A DNA stretch of 63,844 nt, the filler included, from Neolecta irregularis DAH-3 (taxonomy: Eukaryota): NCBI GenBank assembly GCA_001929475.1. It is 21 parts of 21 records of this genome, joined end to end, with 100 filler letters (N's around TTAATTAATTAA, not from the genome) between each part and the next. Parts side by side here need not be neighbours in the genome. Positions count along the whole stretch, not along the records: positions 61,397 to 63,844 come from LXFE01001303.1; 20 more parts are not named here. One strand, 5' to 3'. The translations under genes and the position numbers were made by a program. Positions 62,974-63,844 of this stretch are shown one piece after another; positions within the stretch are counted from its first letter, which is position 1; each line of letters begins with the position of its first letter. The notes below the pieces were generated by a model, which saw only the letters and a program-made list of their open reading frames with translations, did not search any database and was not told where the DNA came from.

Positions 62974-63844
62974 GTGTTCTGTCCCACCTGTGGAATCGTC
63001 CCATCTGTGGAATCGCCCAGCCTCACCACCAAATCCACCAGCCTCATCAAACCCGCGCTTATAACATAGACCAACCTTCTCAATTGCATCCCCCCATCAT
63101 GTCTGTTACTAAGGACTATCTTTGCAGCCACACAGCCCAGTAGAGATATTATGGCGGTTGTTGCCCTGAGGTTAATTTAAGGGACTTGATTATTTGTATA
63201 TAAGTAGCGCCTACCCTGACTAGCAGGCTAGGCTTTCACGAGATATTCAATATACGCAGTTGTCATAAAGAAATGCTAAAATGAGGATTTTCGCCTAATA
63301 CAACACTATCGGGACTCATTCAAGCTCCCTCCCTCCCCTCACCCTCCGCGATTTTTATTATCAACAATCTCACTTCACTATCCTATCTATTTTGGCACGG
63401 TTCTGCTTCCAACGTCGGTTCTGTCTAATGAGCCACGTCATTGTAGTAAAATCAAGGAAGAGAAAACCCATCAGATAACCAGAAAATACCACATGTACGA
63501 GTTTCTTGTGACACGCTGAAGAGTCATACGCCAGGAGCTTCGCTCTTGGGTCTCAAATCCCCTTCAATAACTTCTCATCGACCCAGAGCAGGTTTAATCA
63601 TTCAATTTTAATTATAGCAACAAAAGATTTGCTCACCCGCTTTTGACATTTATGTAGGTGTATTGTGGAAGGAGATTTGTATGTTACTATTGATTTTGGA
63701 ATTCAAGGCTACTTGCATTGTGTAGATGGCTCAGCTGGTGGTAGTGAGGTAGTGGTGAGTTGCATAGGTGGTCGCGGACACAGATTTGGTGGTGAAGTTG
63801 GGCGATTCCACAGGTGGGACGATTCCACAGATGGGACAGAACAC
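62974..63844. mobile_element. Non-autonomous DNA transposon with >=62-bp TIRs, containing nested LTR fragments (families B and C)
   Basis: 62974-63035 is the near-perfect reverse complement of 63783-63844 (GTGTTCTGTCCCAYCTGTGGAATCG...). Confidence 0.85.

Overview
Eukaryotic (ascomycete fungal) DNA. It is 21 short contigs joined by an artificial 100-nt spacer (N44-TTAATTAATTAA-N44), so adjacency across spacers is not biological. Compact genes with ~35-45 nt introns and relaxed splice sites (GC donors, AAG acceptors) suggest a Taphrinomycotina-like fungus such as Neolecta (inference only). Recognisable genes: perilipin/CAP20-like, Usa1/HERP-like, Ale1-type MBOAT, TMEM135-like, SYG1/XPR1, Msn2-type C2H2 TF, PalA/Rim20, Ssp1/Sak1-type kinase, GH17 glucanase, DUF2415 WD40, GATA TF, Flc/Pkd2, BRO1, CLIP-170-like, mitochondrial bL27, TOA2, COX13 (absent from the ORF track), SBA1/p23, NDUFAF6 and RPA3. 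They are mixed with nested LTR remnants, CAGTG-terminated non-autonomous elements and a pogo/Fot1 fragment. The most notable signal is two apparently uncharacterised families of modular secreted proteins, visible only after manual splicing. (1) Three genes (four domain copies) on three contigs share a 14-nt first exon, two intron positions, a signal peptide and a conserved G[IL]xxC...YGxxF...LxGCxP header domain, followed by unrelated basic tails. (2) Four genes carry a PAN/Apple-like Cys module, followed either by a domain with Ulp1/CE-clan-like motifs (one with an SV40-type NLS) or by a Lys-rich tail. Both look like candidate host-nucleus-targeted effector families. All family assignments are by eye; no searches were run.
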